A DNA stretch of 64,000 nt from Escherichia phage T4: sequence record OZ209023.1. One strand, written 5' to 3'. Made by a program: the position numbers and the translations under genes. Shown one piece after another: positions 1-9,395 of the stretch; the stretch's first letter is position 1, and each line of letters begins with the position of its first letter. The notes below the pieces were generated by a model. That model was not told the DNA's origin, did no database searches, and worked only from the letters and a program-made list of their open reading frames with translations.

Positions 1-11
1 AATTTTCCTTA

Positions 12-2189
12 TTAGGCCGCAAGGGCCTTCATAGTTTTAGCGATTTGGGAAACTTCATCATCACTTAAAGAGTTGCGATAACCGATGAAGTCGGAAACAA
101 TACGGAATTTCTTGGTAAACTCAGCAACCATTTTATCACTGTTTTTTGAAGCATTATTTGATAATACATCAAAAAGATTAGTTACTGTCCAAATGTCATG
201 ACCGATGGTATCTTTTCCACCATTAAAATATACACCCTGTAATGAACTAACCATATTAGCGAGTCGTGTATATTCTTCAGAAACTTCATCTATACTGAAG
301 TACTTCATCATAAAATCTAACTCAGGATACTTGATAATTTTATCAATATATCGTTTAGCTGAACTTGAATAACCTACATACTTATCATAATCTACATCAT
401 CAAAAGCATCTACATATAAATCACGCAAAGCTTCAAAAATACATTGGCACTGACCGAGTTCTTTTACCTTTTTCTGTAAAAGCGGACGAATAACATAAAA
501 TTCATTAATGCCAATAAGATTAGCCATACGAATCAAAATATTCATAGATGGATGACAAAGAGATGTAGTACCATCCATAGAGAAAATATCAGAACGATGC
601 ATATACGCTACATAACCAGTAATTTCATCTGCTTCTGATGTGAGCGTAAATAATTCCTCTTTTTCCCAGCGCCCGTCTTTAATTTCAAACTTAAACGCTG
701 TAGCAGCTTTAGGACGAGGAGCTTTACTTTTAACTACCTTTGGAATATAACTTTTTACTAAAGCTTCAATTTCTGACAAATAATGAATGTTAACTTCATC
801 ACTTTCAAACATCGCCATAATATCAGGAAGCAAATCAATCTGCGATTCTACTTCTGGATTAATAAACAGAAGACGTTCGTTATGATGAATATTCAAAGTG
901 TTATTAAATTCACTATCATCTAACGCACGTGCTAATCCACGGACAATATTAACACGATTTTTAATATTATCAATAACGATATTAATTTTTGTTGTATTAA
1001 TACCAAACAGACGATAACTTGATGCAACGGCTGAAGTTTCATGACTTTGCTTAATGCGCTTCAGTCGAGGGTCAAGATTTACTTCATACACAACTCCCGC
1101 GTTGCATAACTTACTGTCAGGTTCAAACATGCTCTGCATCTTTTTATATGACAGATTTTTAGTCGTGAATTTGACTGAATTACTAATCATATAATCTCGA
1201 GCAGAATACCCCATCTTCATCAATTCACGATATGTGTGACGAGGAGATGTAGATTCTTTAAATCGTTTTACATCTTCATTAAATGCTTTCTCACTGAGTT
1301 CTTTAACTCGTTCAATAATATTTTTACGAGTGCGATCATCCAGTGAAAGAGCCTCGCGAGATGGAGCAATATCAAGTGAACCCATTGGAAACTTAATGTA
1401 ATTCACTTCATTGCGAATGCTTAGCCAGTTACGGTCTCTAATAACACCATCGATAGGATAAACAATACCACCGTAGATAGCATATAATCCACCACGATCA
1501 GGCCAGTATCTTTCTGGATTTACACCGTAATAGTCATCAAAATCCGGAAAATAATCAATTTCGCGGTCAAGACCATTAATGATAGCCAAATCTTTGAACG
1601 GTCGCATGATATAAGAAACTTCATAAGCAAAGTTTCTAAAGTCTTTTTCTTCAACTGGAACTACGATTTCAATACCAGTTTTATCATCTGGACCCATTTC
1701 TTTTACGAATGTAGGTTTAATCTGTGGACCATCACCATCCATGTAAGCTACATAACCACGAATTTCACCTTTATGATACGAAGTAATACTAAACGTATCA
1801 GTATAACTAAACGGAGATTTAGAACCTAAACCAAATCCGCCAATAAAGTCATTAGATTCAGCTTTAGATGAACTGAAGTATGAATTATACAACCCAGGAG
1901 AATTATCATCACCTTGAATATCAAAATCACTCATACCCGGACCAAAATCTCGACAAACAAATCGTGGGTCTAAACGTCCAGGAACTTGTATGATAAATTT
2001 TTCAGGATTTCCATTAAGTGCATGAGCATCAATCATGTTAGTAATCAATTCACGGACTACTGCGCGAATCTTGTTTGTATACAAATCAGATGACAGAATT
2101 TTAAATACTTTAGGAGATGCTGTGATGCTAAATGCTTTTGATTTAGAACCATTACCAAGAATTGTTTCTTTTTCAGTGGTGATAATCAT
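12..2189 (-). CDS. rIIA: rIIA protein (membrane-associated, GHKL-type ATPase-like N-terminal region)
   Basis: 725-aa ORF; N-terminal ELITNMIDA...DFGPGM resembles Bergerat-fold ATPase motifs; length, sequence and position match T4 rIIA. Confidence 0.9.
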   Translation of the reverse strand: MIITTEKETILGNGSKSKAFSITASPKVFKILSSDLYTNKIRAVVRELITNMIDAHALNGNPEKFIIQVPGRLDPRFVCRDFGPGMSDFDIQGDDNSPGLYNSYFSSSKAESNDFIGGFGLGSKSPFSYTDTFSITSYHKGEIRGYVAYMDGDGPQIKPTFVKEMGPDDKTGIEIVVPVEEKDFRNFAYEVSYIMRPFKDLAIINGLDREIDYFPDFDDYYGVNPERYWPDRGGLYAIYGGIVYPIDGVIRDRNWLSIRNEVNYIKFPMGSLDIAPSREALSLDDRTRKNIIERVKELSEKAFNEDVKRFKESTSPRHTYRELMKMGYSARDYMISNSVKFTTKNLSYKKMQSMFEPDSKLCNAGVVYEVNLDPRLKRIKQSHETSAVASSYRLFGINTTKINIVIDNIKNRVNIVRGLARALDDSEFNNTLNIHHNERLLFINPEVESQIDLLPDIMAMFESDEVNIHYLSEIEALVKSYIPKVVKSKAPRPKAATAFKFEIKDGRWEKEELFTLTSEADEITGYVAYMHRSDIFSMDGTTSLCHPSMNILIRMANLIGINEFYVIRPLLQKKVKELGQCQCIFEALRDLYVDAFDDVDYDKYVGYSSSAKRYIDKIIKYPELDFMMKYFSIDEVSEEYTRLANMVSSLQGVYFNGGKDTIGHDIWTVTNLFDVLSNNASKNSDKMVAEFTKKFRIVSDFIGYRNSLSDDEVSQIAKTMKALAA

Positions 2190-2199
2190 AATTTCCTCA

Positions 2200-2403
2200 T
2201 TAATTCATATTACGCTTAATAACTTCAGCAACTTCTAGTAGTTCATCTTTAGTTGCGGTGTCGGATTGAATTTTATCTCTAATATCTTTAAAGCGGGTTT
2301 TAAATTCTTCGGCTTCTCCCATATCGAAAAAGCGTTGAATGATTCTATATTCTCGATGAACTGCTTTATCAAAAAGTTCTAAATTTACTTTATATGATTT
2401 CAT
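2200..2403 (-). CDS. small hypothetical protein (rIIA.1 position)
   Basis: 67-aa ORF directly upstream of rIIA, preceded by early-promoter-like element. Confidence 0.55.
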   Translation of the reverse strand: MKSYKVNLELFDKAVHREYRIIQRFFDMGEAEEFKTRFKDIRDKIQSDTATKDELLEVAEVIKRNMN

Positions 2404-2428
2404 TTCAATATCCTCATTTGCCCAATTA

Positions 2429-2458
2429 ATTATACCACATCCTTGTGGTAAAGTAAAC
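2429..2458 (-). promoter_or_regulatory. sigma70-type phage early promoter (-35 GTTTAC, 18-nt spacer, -10 TATAAT on minus strand)
   Basis: plus-strand gtaaac at 2453-2458 and attata at 2429-2434; A/T-rich upstream; spacer contains palindrome ccaca-tcct-tgtgg. Confidence 0.5.
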
Positions 2459-2990
2459 TACTGGCTCATCCATTCTTTACGAAGGTCAGCATTATCTCCC
2501 ATGAGCATTTCAAAAAGCTCTTTCCAGTTCTCAGGAAGTTTAACAACATCATATACTGGGTTTTGAATCATCTCACGATATTCAGATTTTTCCAAAGAGC
2601 CAAGTCCCTTAATATAACGGATGCTATGTTTAGGTAGAGCATCTTTGGCACTCTCATATTCAGCGACTGTATAAAACCATTCTTGTTTTTTACCGACCTG
2701 AGCGATGATTACAGGAGTTTTGACAAAGCGAATTCGTCCTTGCTCAAACAATTCTGGCCAATTACTAAAAAATCCGAGCAGAGAAGGATAAATAGAACCT
2801 AATCCAATAATCTCTTAATTATGAGGTATTTCTATAGATAGCCCGAAGGCTATCCATCGTGATCTGCGTCTGTCATAATAGCGACATTCGCATAGTTCAT
2901 TGAAGAGGATTTAATAGAACGACGAACATTGTTCTGCAATTTATATTTTTTCATATCAACGCTAGAAGAATCAATTTTTACAAATTTCAT
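2458..2990 (-). CDS. 60: DNA topoisomerase II small subunit gp60, decoded by ribosomal bypassing: complement(join(2458..2802,2853..2990)), 160 aa
   Basis: N-terminal ORF MKFVKIDSSS...MTDADHDG ends at GGA-TAG (2855-2850); coding resumes after landing GGA (2805-2803) with LGSIYP...FEQGRIRF; 46+114 codons. Confidence 0.9.
2803..2852 (-). other. 50-nt translational bypass (coding gap) element of gene 60
   Basis: take-off GGA followed by TAG inside a hairpin with UUCG loop (plus 2838-2853 atagcc-cgaa-ggctat), landing GGA 47 nt downstream. Confidence 0.85.
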
Positions 2991-3789
2991 TATACACCTC
3001 ATAGAACTTTTCATCAGGAATCCAACCGCGTTTAAATTCATTAAATGCTCGGCCGAATAATTTTGAATTCACAGTTATATTATTAACTGATTTCCATTTA
3101 GCAACTCCCGTTCGTTTATAATGATCGGGGTCATATTTCGTGACGTACCATTCATATAAATTTGGTATTAATTTTACAGCCTCTGGATTTGTCGCTGATT
3201 TATTATACCATGGTTTCGCTTTTTCAAGTTCAGCTGCTTTTGCAGTAGCAGCAACAGTATTTCCAATACCAACTAATTTTTCAGTTTTAATGCGTGGATC
3301 ATTAACATGAAGACGAAAAACTTCGCCCTTTTCATTTTTAAAGCATGTCATGCCTTTAATTCCAGGAAGCTTAACACCTTTATTAACACCGCACCATTCC
3401 TTTGGGTTAAATGATCCTTTAATTAATAAGGCGCATTTACCCGATTTAATACTTCTCATTAAAACTTTATCTTTCATAAAGTTTTTTGACCATTCAGATA
3501 CTGCTCTTTGATGGTAAATTCTAGCAATTTCATATAATTTACTAGAACGTAAATATTTTTCAGTGTTTAACATTCTATTCATCGCATATGCCATTTCACG
3601 ATTACGATGAATTTTATATAGTAGAAAATGTGCTAAAAAGTGTTCACGAAAAGTCAGTTTCACCAAATTTTCTTTATCATCAGAACCTCCCATTGATCTT
3701 GGAAGGATATGATGAATTTCACCCTTAAATTTAGAAACGCGGGTTTTACCCCGCACTATTAAGTCATTATAGATTTTTTCGTAATTCAC
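2971..3789 (-). CDS. mobA: freestanding HNH homing endonuclease MobA
   Basis: 272-aa ORF between genes 39 and 60; HHILPRSMGGSDDKENLV...REHF HNH motif; N-terminus MNYEKIY shared with other Mob ORFs. Confidence 0.8.
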   Translation of the reverse strand: MNYEKIYNDLIVRGKTRVSKFKGEIHHILPRSMGGSDDKENLVKLTFREHFLAHFLLYKIHRNREMAYAMNRMLNTEKYLRSSKLYEIARIYHQRAVSEWSKNFMKDKVLMRSIKSGKCALLIKGSFNPKEWCGVNKGVKLPGIKGMTCFKNEKGEVFRLHVNDPRIKTEKLVGIGNTVAATAKAAELEKAKPWYNKSATNPEAVKLIPNLYEWYVTKYDPDHYKRTGVAKWKSVNNITVNSKLFGRAFNEFKRGWIPDEKFYEVYNEICKN

Positions 3790-5320
3790 CTACTGTTATC
3801 CATTTACCATTAATCTGTACTTCATCATTTTCATTTACGATAATTGTATCGCCATTTAGCTCGAAAGTAAACCACTCGCCATCTTCTTTTTCTTCAAACG
3901 CTTTTTCACCGAGAACTAGACCAGTGATTGCGCAAATATCAAATAGTTCTTTGTTTTTAAGCATATCTGCATAAGACATACCCCAACTGTTGAGAACTTT
4001 ACCACGCAATGGATAACCACCGTGAAGTTCTTTATCACGAACATCAATAAGATATCCGATAGCCGAATCACCCTCAGTCAAGAAAAGAGTAGTATCAGCA
4101 TCTTTACCGCAAAGATTCGCTTTGATATGTTTATGAACCTTAGCTTTAGAAGCCTTTTTAGCTGCTTTAGTTTCTGCTGCTTTTTCTGCCGCCAATTTAC
4201 GAGCCAAAGCAGCTTCAATAATCGGCATTAGAATTGCTTCATTATTTAGAATAGCACGTGAAATCTTTTTAGCATCAAGTTGAATATGACTACGAATTTC
4301 GCCAAATGGAGAAGTCAAACGCTCTTTAGTTTGAGAATCAAATCGCATGTTTTTCATATCACGAACAAACATAACGATAGTCAAACATTCTTTGACACGT
4401 GCTTTAGTCACATCAATTTTGAACTTACGTTTGATTTGTGGAATAAGGTCTTCACAAATATCATCCATAGCGCAGTCAATGTGATGGCCACCATTCTTAG
4501 TATGAATGTTATTGACGTATGTTAATTGACGAAAACCATCCGGTGAACGACCAACCGCAATAGAACAATTTTCTTGCTCTTGAACAATAGCATGTTCATC
4601 ATACTGCCGTGCATATTTCTTAAAATTGCCCTGAACCTTTTTACCATTAAAGGTAAATTGAATATCAGGATAAACTACAGCAAGTGTCTGGAGACGATCC
4701 AGTGTAATGTCAAGATAAACTTGGGACAGCTCATTAGTTTCAAATGACATAAAATCAGGAATGAAAGTAACACGAGTTCCTTTCCATTTTCCAGGAATAT
4801 CTTCCCATGATTTATTTTCCATGCCATTTGAACAACGAACTACAATATTATTTTGACCGTCGCCAGTTTCACCGACAAACATCACAGAAAAAATGTTTGT
4901 CAAACTAGAACCAACACCGTTCATACCGCCGGTGACGCGTTCTTTATCATCACCAAAGTTACCACCTGCTTTTGGAATAGTCCATGCGGCAACAGGACCA
5001 GGAATTTCTTCACCGGTAGGTGTTTTAACCATCGCTTGTGGAATACCGCGACCGTTATCTTCAACTGTTACTTGATTGTTTTTAATAGTAACATTAATTT
5101 TATTCGCGAATTTAAACTTAGTACGAATACCTTCATCTACTGAGTTATCGATAATTTCATCAATAAGCTTAACAAGACCAGGTACATACTGAACACTTTC
5201 CCATTTACCAAACATAAAGCGCTCATGCGTTTCATTAGCAGAAGAGCCAATGTACATGCCACTACGCTTTTTGATATGTTCAATATCGCTCAGAATTTTA
5301 ATTTCATTCTTAATCATCAC
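3767..5320 (-). CDS. 39: DNA topoisomerase II large subunit gp39 (GyrB-like ATPase)
   Basis: 516/517-aa ORF with GHKL ATPase motifs (ELIDNSVDE, GRGIP, GGMNGVGSS); true start probably the second Met. Confidence 0.9.
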   Translation of the reverse strand: MMIKNEIKILSDIEHIKKRSGMYIGSSANETHERFMFGKWESVQYVPGLVKLIDEIIDNSVDEGIRTKFKFANKINVTIKNNQVTVEDNGRGIPQAMVKTPTGEEIPGPVAAWTIPKAGGNFGDDKERVTGGMNGVGSSLTNIFSVMFVGETGDGQNNIVVRCSNGMENKSWEDIPGKWKGTRVTFIPDFMSFETNELSQVYLDITLDRLQTLAVVYPDIQFTFNGKKVQGNFKKYARQYDEHAIVQEQENCSIAVGRSPDGFRQLTYVNNIHTKNGGHHIDCAMDDICEDLIPQIKRKFKIDVTKARVKECLTIVMFVRDMKNMRFDSQTKERLTSPFGEIRSHIQLDAKKISRAILNNEAILMPIIEAALARKLAAEKAAETKAAKKASKAKVHKHIKANLCGKDADTTLFLTEGDSAIGYLIDVRDKELHGGYPLRGKVLNSWGMSYADMLKNKELFDICAITGLVLGEKAFEEKEDGEWFTFELNGDTIIVNENDEVQINGKWITVGELRKNL

Positions 5321-5370
5321 TTATCCTCGTTTGGTTTCGGGAATATTATACTCCGGTAATCATAAAGCTA

Positions 5371-5386
5371 AAGGCCCGAAGGCCTT
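5371..5386 (-). terminator. intercistronic stable hairpin with UUCG tetraloop (mRNA stabiliser/terminator)
   Basis: plus aaggcc-cgaa-ggcctt palindrome between the lipoprotein ORF and gene 39. Confidence 0.45.
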
Positions 5387-5647
5387 TTATTTAAAACGAA
5401 TAGTTGAATCCTTAAAGAACAGCCCAGAACATACTGTTCCTTCTACTTTCTGCCCGGTAGGTCCAATAGCACGAAATCCAGTATGCTGGAAATCATTTTC
5501 AGAGCAACCGAACCAATTATATCCAGTGATTTCAATATTAGTAAAACCACTTGAAGACAAAACTTTGGTTGCATTATCAGCATCAGTACATCCTATTAAA
5601 GACACTGCTAATACTAATGCTGCAATAGAACGATTAATATATTTCAT
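5387..5647 (-). CDS. small predicted lipoprotein (39.1 position)
   Basis: 86-aa ORF; signal peptide with lipobox LIGC. Confidence 0.6.
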   Translation of the reverse strand: MKYINRSIAALVLAVSLIGCTDADNATKVLSSSGFTNIEITGYNWFGCSENDFQHTGFRAIGPTGQKVEGTVCSGLFFKDSTIRFK

Positions 5648-5649
5648 AA

Positions 5650-5826
5650 TTACCCTTTAAGCAAGTCGTAAAATCCACCATTCACATGCTTAGGAGCGGA
5701 AACTAACCGAACAGCCAGCCGATGACAATCAGGACATACATCAGTATCTCTTTCAGAAATTTTCTTGATTTTTTCGTATTCTTTTGCACAGTCTTTGGAT
5801 TGACATTTATAATCATAAAGCGGCAT
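5650..5826 (-). CDS. small zinc-ribbon protein (FmdB-like CxxC...CxxC)
   Basis: 58-aa ORF MPLYDYKCQSKDCAKEYE...CPDCH, below the ORF-track cutoff; AAGGA SD 8 nt upstream of ATG. Confidence 0.5.
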   Translation of the reverse strand: MPLYDYKCQSKDCAKEYEKIKKISERDTDVCPDCHRLAVRLVSAPKHVNGGFYDLLKG

Positions 5827-5828
5827 AA

Positions 5829-6254
5829 TTATTCCTTAAAGTAAGCTTTCAACATCTGATATAAAGACCACGCCTGATCATTATTTTCAATAGTAACTTT
5901 CATGACTGGGAATTCTGTGAAATCTTCTATTTGTTCTTGCTCTTTCTCTTCCTGCTCTTGCTCTTCAACCGCCTGATATGGATTTTCCACTTCATCAAAG
6001 AACCCAGCTTCGTTAGTAGAGAGCCAGATAAAGTTTTCGTCAAGGATATCACCGCCGGCACAACGTTTGAGTACACCTATGGATGTCATAATTTTAGTAG
6101 GACGCCCAAGATAATCAGCATCTAAAATTTTAAAAGGCTCCATACCTAAACGTCGTGCATAGATTCCGTTATCAGTATGGTCTTTAATAAAATTTTCTTG
6201 AGCTTGTTTATTTTTAAATTGATACCATTTATTAACTTCAAATTTAATAGCCAT
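5829..6254 (-). CDS. hypothetical protein with acidic C-terminal tail
   Basis: 141-aa ORF, compact minus-strand packing. Confidence 0.55.
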
Positions 6255-6469
6255 TAATAAATTTCCTTCCAGTAAGTTGTGCCGTCTTCAGTAATTTCAC
6301 GAAATACACCATAAATTGGCTGTTTATCACCGACTTTCTCATACACATAAACAGAAGTCAAGTGAGTAAACTTGCTAGTATGTTCCTTTTGAACTACTAC
6401 CAAATTTGGATCAAATAATACATCTTCAAATTCATCATTAGTGCAATTCTGAACAATTTTACGTTTCAT
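6254..6469 (-). CDS. hypothetical small protein
   Basis: 71-aa ORF; stop/start overlap with downstream gene. Confidence 0.5.
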
Positions 6470-6639
6470 TACAATTTCCTCATTAATTGAACAGTGGAGC
6501 GATACGTTTCAGAAGAGTATCAACACCTTTAGCGAATTTTCCATTTTATTCTCCAAGTTGTTTTCTGTATCAGTAGTTGATATTGATATAGTACCATAAT
6601 CAACTACTGATGTATATAGTTTTATGAAAAATTTAAACT

Positions 6640-7128
6640 TTATGCATAGAGAGCATTGCTATAGTGTTTAATCCAACTTTCAGGAATGACTTTGTATGTT
6701 CCTAAAAATACCACGTTGTACAACTTAACACCATCTTCTACCCATTGATCGGTAATGTATCCACACATAGCGCGAGTATAAACAACCCTTCCATCATCTT
6801 TAATAAAGTTAAATTCACAAGGAGCAATGAACTTGATAGCCTGACCGAGTTTCCACTTAAAGTCTACACCTACATGCGAAGTATCAATCGTTTCAATTCC
6901 TTTAGCAGGAACAGCTTTTAAAAACGCAGACTCAAGAAATTTCGCACGAACATAGCCAAACTGGGGTTTAGACTTTCCATCTTTAGGAATGATACGCACT
7001 TTTACTTCAGAATCTTCATCTTTAACACCATGCTTAAGCTGAATGCTTACAACTTCGACCAATTTTCCTGCTGCTTTAGAACGGGATTTATCAGATACAC
7101 GAGCTAATTCACCAATATTAATAATCAT
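6640..7128 (-). CDS. hypothetical protein (positionally equivalent to T4 motB)
   Basis: 162-aa ORF; C-terminal domain paralogous to the next ORF (GYITDQWVEDGVKLYNVV). Confidence 0.55.
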   Translation of the reverse strand: MIINIGELARVSDKSRSKAAGKLVEVVSIQLKHGVKDEDSEVKVRIIPKDGKSKPQFGYVRAKFLESAFLKAVPAKGIETIDTSHVGVDFKWKLGQAIKFIAPCEFNFIKDDGRVVYTRAMCGYITDQWVEDGVKLYNVVFLGTYKVIPESWIKHYSNALYA

Positions 7129-7172
7129 AGTTATCTCTCACTTGTTAAAAAGATTTTATACTCCACGGGACC

Positions 7173-7202
7173 ATTATACTCTGGTCCCAAGAGTTTGTAA
7201 AC
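7173..7202 (-). promoter_or_regulatory. early promoter (GTTTAC / TATAAT on minus strand)
   Basis: plus gtaaac 7197-7202, attata 7173-7178; -10 lies in the loop of palindrome gggacc...ggtccc (7167-7188). Confidence 0.5.
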
Positions 7203-7204
7203 TA

Positions 7205-7636
7205 TTAATTCAAAATAGCTACCACTGCACTACGAGGAACTACGGAGTACTCTCCAGCATGAACTACGTTCAGAAGTTCAACGCCATCTTCAATCCATTG
7301 GTCAGTTACCCAACCACCAATCGGATTCGCAAATGGACGACGAATGTAAACTGCCTTACACAACAAATCAGTCGGGTCTTCAGGTTTTTCAATTTCTGTC
7401 AATAGATTAAAATCTTCTTCATAGATGATGAATGATGATACCCTTCCATAATAGTTTCTAATTTCCATGTACACTGTACCAATGAGAATTCCACTATTAA
7501 CACTAATGACAGTAAAAGGATATCCGCCAGTTGTACCAAGAAGTTCCCAAAATTTGCTATCAGTCGTATTCGACATTGTCTGAAAATCAATTTCAGATGG
7601 TTTTTTCATTTGATACGCAGTATTAATTTTAATCAT
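7205..7636 (-). CDS. hypothetical protein, paralogue of the downstream motB-like ORF
   Basis: 143-aa ORF; shared C-terminal motif GGWVTDQWIEDGVELLNVV. Confidence 0.55.
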   Translation of the reverse strand: MIKINTAYQMKKPSEIDFQTMSNTTDSKFWELLGTTGGYPFTVISVNSGILIGTVYMEIRNYYGRVSSFIIYEEDFNLLTEIEKPEDPTDLLCKAVYIRRPFANPIGGWVTDQWIEDGVELLNVVHAGEYSVVPRSAVVAILN

Positions 7637-7646
7637 AATTTTCTCT

Positions 7647-8186
7647 TTAGTTTAAGGTAATAAAGCCTTTTAGTTCGGCATAGGATTTACGGAACATTAC
7701 TTGATGCCCGCCAATGATAACTTGGTCATCTGGTACTTCGTATACAGCAAGATAAAATCCTTTCGAAGCTAATTCTTCACGCTCTTCTCGTGTGAACCAT
7801 TTCATCATATCATATTCGCTAGCAAAAGCAAAATGATAAAGAGCTACAAACCATCCGGGAATATGATATTCTACTCCAACATAATCTTTCTTGAACTTAG
7901 TATTAATTACGATATTAGCATTTTTAACTAATAGTTTGTCTTCGTGCGGCACAGGAATTCTTTTATTATCATTACTATGATGCATAAAATTAGGTCTGTC
8001 ATAACCTACATGTAATAACCACTCTTCACTCCATGAATCTATTATACTTCTATACGGCGTTATTTGAACACAAAGATCTCGGCGTATTGTTATAGCGTCT
8101 TCATAATTAAGAATACTAAACGATGATTCAACACGATAAATTTTCATTTTATTATCCTCAGTAGCTATGGTGTTATAGTACCACAA
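7647..8186 (-). CDS. hypothetical protein
   Basis: 179-aa ORF. Confidence 0.55.
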   Translation of the reverse strand: MWYYNTIATEDNKMKIYRVESSFSILNYEDAITIRRDLCVQITPYRSIIDSWSEEWLLHVGYDRPNFMHHSNDNKRIPVPHEDKLLVKNANIVINTKFKKDYVGVEYHIPGWFVALYHFAFASEYDMMKWFTREEREELASKGFYLAVYEVPDDQVIIGGHQVMFRKSYAELKGFITLN

Positions 8187-8204
8187 CTAACCGAGGAAGT
8201 AAAC
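8175..8204 (-). promoter_or_regulatory. early promoter (GTTTAC / TACTAT variant -10)
   Basis: plus gtaaac 8199-8204 and atagta 8175-8180, 18-nt spacer. Confidence 0.45.
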
Positions 8205-8210
8205 AACTTT

Positions 8211-8894
8211 TTATCGTTTTGTTGGAAGAGATAGAGGATCGCATTCTTCCTCTGATGGAGCATCTTCAAGACCCATAGCATATCGCAAAGCATACTTCAT
8301 CATCAGGATGTCTTTCGCACAGTCATGAATAGAATCATGTGCAACGAATCCATCTAAAGTTCCCTTTGGAAGAAGACACGTTGTCATATCACGAACAAGC
8401 AGAAGTGCTTCAATTCTAGTACGAATATCACGCTGATTCCAAAATTTACAAGGTTCTAACTTAAATGTATCAAGCTCATTCTCGGAAACGCCGTTAAGAC
8501 GTTGAATATCGCGAATAAGATCGACTAAAATTGGAAAATCAAACGACATTCCACGGCACCAGCCTTGAGATTTCCAAGGATCGATATTATGTGCATTGAT
8601 GTAATCATTAAATTTTGCAATACCGTCGATAGTGCTTACATCTTCATCGGATGGTGCAATATTTTTTCGAGCTTCAGGAGATTGATTCTTCCACCATTCG
8701 ATAGTACTTTTAGTAAAAAGACGGTGTCCTTTTTGGCTTTTTAAATCAAATTTGATTTTAATGCCACGTGAAACTAATTCATCGAATGTTTCAACTACTT
8801 CTGGATTAGGGTCAAAAGCAATTACAGCCAAATCAATAACCGCTGCTTTTTCACCACTTCCCATTGTTTCAAAATCTATAATAAAATCAAACAT
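8211..8894 (-). CDS. dexA: exonuclease A (DEDD-family 3'-5' exonuclease)
   Basis: 227-aa ORF; N-terminal FDFIIDFETMG exonuclease motif; length matches T4 DexA. Confidence 0.85.
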   Translation of the reverse strand: MFDFIIDFETMGSGEKAAVIDLAVIAFDPNPEVVETFDELVSRGIKIKFDLKSQKGHRLFTKSTIEWWKNQSPEARKNIAPSDEDVSTIDGIAKFNDYINAHNIDPWKSQGWCRGMSFDFPILVDLIRDIQRLNGVSENELDTFKLEPCKFWNQRDIRTRIEALLLVRDMTTCLLPKGTLDGFVAHDSIHDCAKDILMMKYALRYAMGLEDAPSEEECDPLSLPTKR

Positions 8895-9151
8895 TAAATT
8901 TTCCTCGCTAAATCACGAATTTGACCTACAGTATAGTCTTGAATATAAACTTTATTAATAGGCTCATCAATAAATTTTGCCATAGATTCAATATCTTTTT
9001 GTATTTCTTCAAGACTGTATACTATCTTTGAAGCTTTTTCGCGAATAGTGATATTTTCAGGACCCGGATTTTCTTGAATGACAACTTTAACATTTGTCAT
9101 AAGAGATTTAAACTGGTACCAACTTAATTCAATCATTAATAATCGCCTCAT
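8894..9151 (-). CDS. hypothetical small protein
   Basis: 85-aa ORF; paralogous to adjacent 86-aa ORF (shared LEEI..D motif). Confidence 0.5.
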   Translation of the reverse strand: MRRLLMIELSWYQFKSLMTNVKVVIQENPGPENITIREKASKIVYSLEEIQKDIESMAKFIDEPINKVYIQDYTVGQIRDLARKI

Positions 9152-9389
9152 AAAGATAGCTAATTTCGCCTAAAACATAATCATTGATTGTAACAGTTTT
9201 AACTTCACCGCAAAAGAATTCTAACGCAATTAAATCTCGTTCAATTTCTTCTAATTGAAGCATCAACTTACTAGATTCAATTTTTACAGTTTCACGATTT
9301 TTGCTATAAGCTATTTCATAAATTTCGCTTACTTTATCTTGAAGAAGATAAAACTGATCTTTAGTTATTTCCACGAATAGCTTCCTCAA
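9129..9389 (-). CDS. hypothetical small protein
   Basis: 86-aa ORF. Confidence 0.5.
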   Translation of the reverse strand: MRKLFVEITKDQFYLLQDKVSEIYEIAYSKNRETVKIESSKLMLQLEEIERDLIALEFFCGEVKTVTINDYVLGEISYLYEAIIND

Positions 9390-9395
9390 ATTTAA

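Noticed and set aside
6560-6610. Sequence resembling the repeated early-promoter block (gatatagtaccataat) upstream of the motB-like gene
   Set aside because: A -10-like element is present but no GTTTAC -35 at the expected spacing, so it is not called as a promoter.
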